20,000 nt of DNA from Barthelona sp. PAP020 (taxonomy: Eukaryota). Positions within the stretch are counted from its first letter, which is position 1. Each line of letters starts with the position of its first letter. The notes below the pieces were generated by a model. The model was given only the letters and a program-made list of their open reading frames with translations. It did no database searches and was not told the origin of the DNA. Below, in pieces: positions 18,813 through 20,000 of the stretch. Both the position numbers and the translations under genes were made by a program. The stretch covers positions 56,047 through 76,046 of the forward strand of contig JARQWU010000022.1 of assembly GCA_040182905.1 (NCBI GenBank), read 5' to 3'.

Positions 18813-18949
18813 ATGCAATTTTTAATTTCATTCAATCATATTTTATAAATGCATCAATATTTTACTTATTTTTCTGACAGCTAACAGTTTTCAATTTTCT
18901 TTAGTTCCTAAATTCTATTTTTATTTTTTTTTACCATTTTTATTCTAAG

Positions 18950-19672
18950 ATGGATAACAGTGAATATTCAGAAATAGAACAAGATTATGTATTTAAAAGT
19001 ATGTTTTACGAATCAAGAATTTTCACCATAATTTATTATTTCTGTTTTTGAAAACATTATTCTAATTATTTAGTTGTTCTTATTGGAGAACCTGCGGTTG
19101 GAAAATCGAATATTCTTTCGCGATTTACTCAAAATACTTTTTGTAAGGAAACTCGTCCAACCATTGGTGTTGAGTTTGCAACTCGTGTTGTTGAAATCGA
19201 TGGAAAATCAATTTGTGGTCAAGTTTGGGATACAGCTGGTCAGGATCAATACAGAGCTATTGTTAGCGCTTTTTACAGAGGTGCTTTGGGTGCTTTTATT
19301 GTTTACGATATCACAAGAAGACATTCTTTTGAATCTATAAAGAAATGGATTGAAGAATTGAATCAGTACGCAGCTCCTTCAGTTAAAGTGTTGTTAGTTG
19401 GAAACAAAGTTGATATGAATTATGCAAGAGCTGTGAAAGCTGAAGAAGGTATGGCTTTAGCTAATTCTGGTGGTTATGATTTCTTAGAAACGTCTGCAAA
19501 AGATGATATCAATATTTATGAAGCTTTTTATTCCCTCATGACAAAGATTTATGAAAGCAACAAAGATGTTGATGTGGATGATGATAAAGACGATGAACCA
19601 ATTGCAATACCTGATGGTGTTGATTTGTCAAGATCTCGTGAAGAGCCTAACGATGAACCTTGTTCTTGTTGA
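18950..19672 (+). CDS. RAB11: Rab11-like small GTPase, two exons (18950-18998, 19074-19672)
   Basis: Spliced product [37 protein letters not shown]...TIGVEFATR...WDTAGQDQYRAIVSAFYRGALG...GNKVD...ETSAK...CSC. IGVEFAT and YRAI.SA.YRGA are Rab11 signatures; CXC prenylation site. Confidence 0.88.
18999..19073 (+). other. Spliceosomal intron (75 nt, phase 1) in the Rab11 gene
   Basis: GTATGTT donor and TCTAATTATTTAG branch/acceptor. It holds an in-frame TGA, and removal restores FK-IVLIG. Confidence 0.93.
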
Positions 19673-19711
19673 TTTGTAATAAATTGTGTTAGATTTTTTT
19701 TTATACAAAAG

Positions 19712-20000
19712 ATGGTATTTACTCCTGCTGTTTTGCAGTCATACATTGATTCACAAATCAAACAAGATACAGAAGGTATGTTAACAACATATTCTTTCCA
19801 CTAACAAAAATAGAATTTGTCGATGAACACACACACAATTTTTTCATTGGTTTACCATCCAGTGGTAAAACGTCTATTATTCGATCAATTTTAGAAGGAA
19901 CTATTCCGAAAGAAGTTAAACCCAGTTGTGTGTTAGAATATTATAATGGTAGAAAAGTGTTAGGTGCTGCAAAGAAAGCCATAATAGCTCATTTTTGGGA
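19712..20000 (+). CDS. DYNC2LI1: Cytoplasmic dynein-2 light intermediate chain (D1bLIC), 5' part; exons 19712-19775 and 19814 to the window end
   Basis: Spliced product ...FFIGLPSSGKTSIIRSILEGTIPKEVKPSCVLEYYNGRK...IAHFW matches the DYNC2LI1 pattern FIGS..GGKTTII...PKPTLALEYTYGRR...IAHFWELGGG. Confidence 0.82.
19776..19813 (+). other. Spliceosomal intron (38 nt, phase 1) in DYNC2LI1
   Basis: GTATGTT donor and ACTAACAAAAATAG branch/acceptor. Removal joins ATG 19712 in frame to the P-loop exon. Confidence 0.9.

Noticed and set aside
1..20000. Alternative genetic code, CRISPR array, tRNA/rRNA or transposon
   Set aside because: Conserved genes are uninterrupted and end in all three stops. No repeat-spacer array, cloverleaf, rRNA motif, terminal repeat or transposase was seen.

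Overview
AT-rich, gene-dense, intron-poor eukaryotic (protist) DNA in the standard genetic code (TAA, TAG and TGA all end recognisable genes). Gene order: 5' end of an unknown minus-strand gene, a small Lys-rich ORF, a divergent TFIIB-family factor, an unknown N/D/S-rich protein, CstF-77/Rna14, the MTR4 helicase, a stathmin-like protein with 5-6 tandem 51-aa repeats, a ~1 kb non-coding but structure-rich interval, PIG-A, an M16C (PreP/Cym1-type) peptidase, NOB1, a divergent Rab11 (1 intron) and the 5' end of dynein-2 light intermediate chain DYNC2LI1 (1 intron). The introns are short, with GTATGTT donors and a branch point fused to the 3' AG, as in metamonads (Giardia, Spironucleus, Trichomonas). 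DYNC2LI1 implies a flagellated cell. The lineage is inferred, not proven. The best leads are the multi-repeat stathmin-like protein and the candidate structured ncRNA at about 11.9-12.45 kb, which has some telomerase-RNA-like features.
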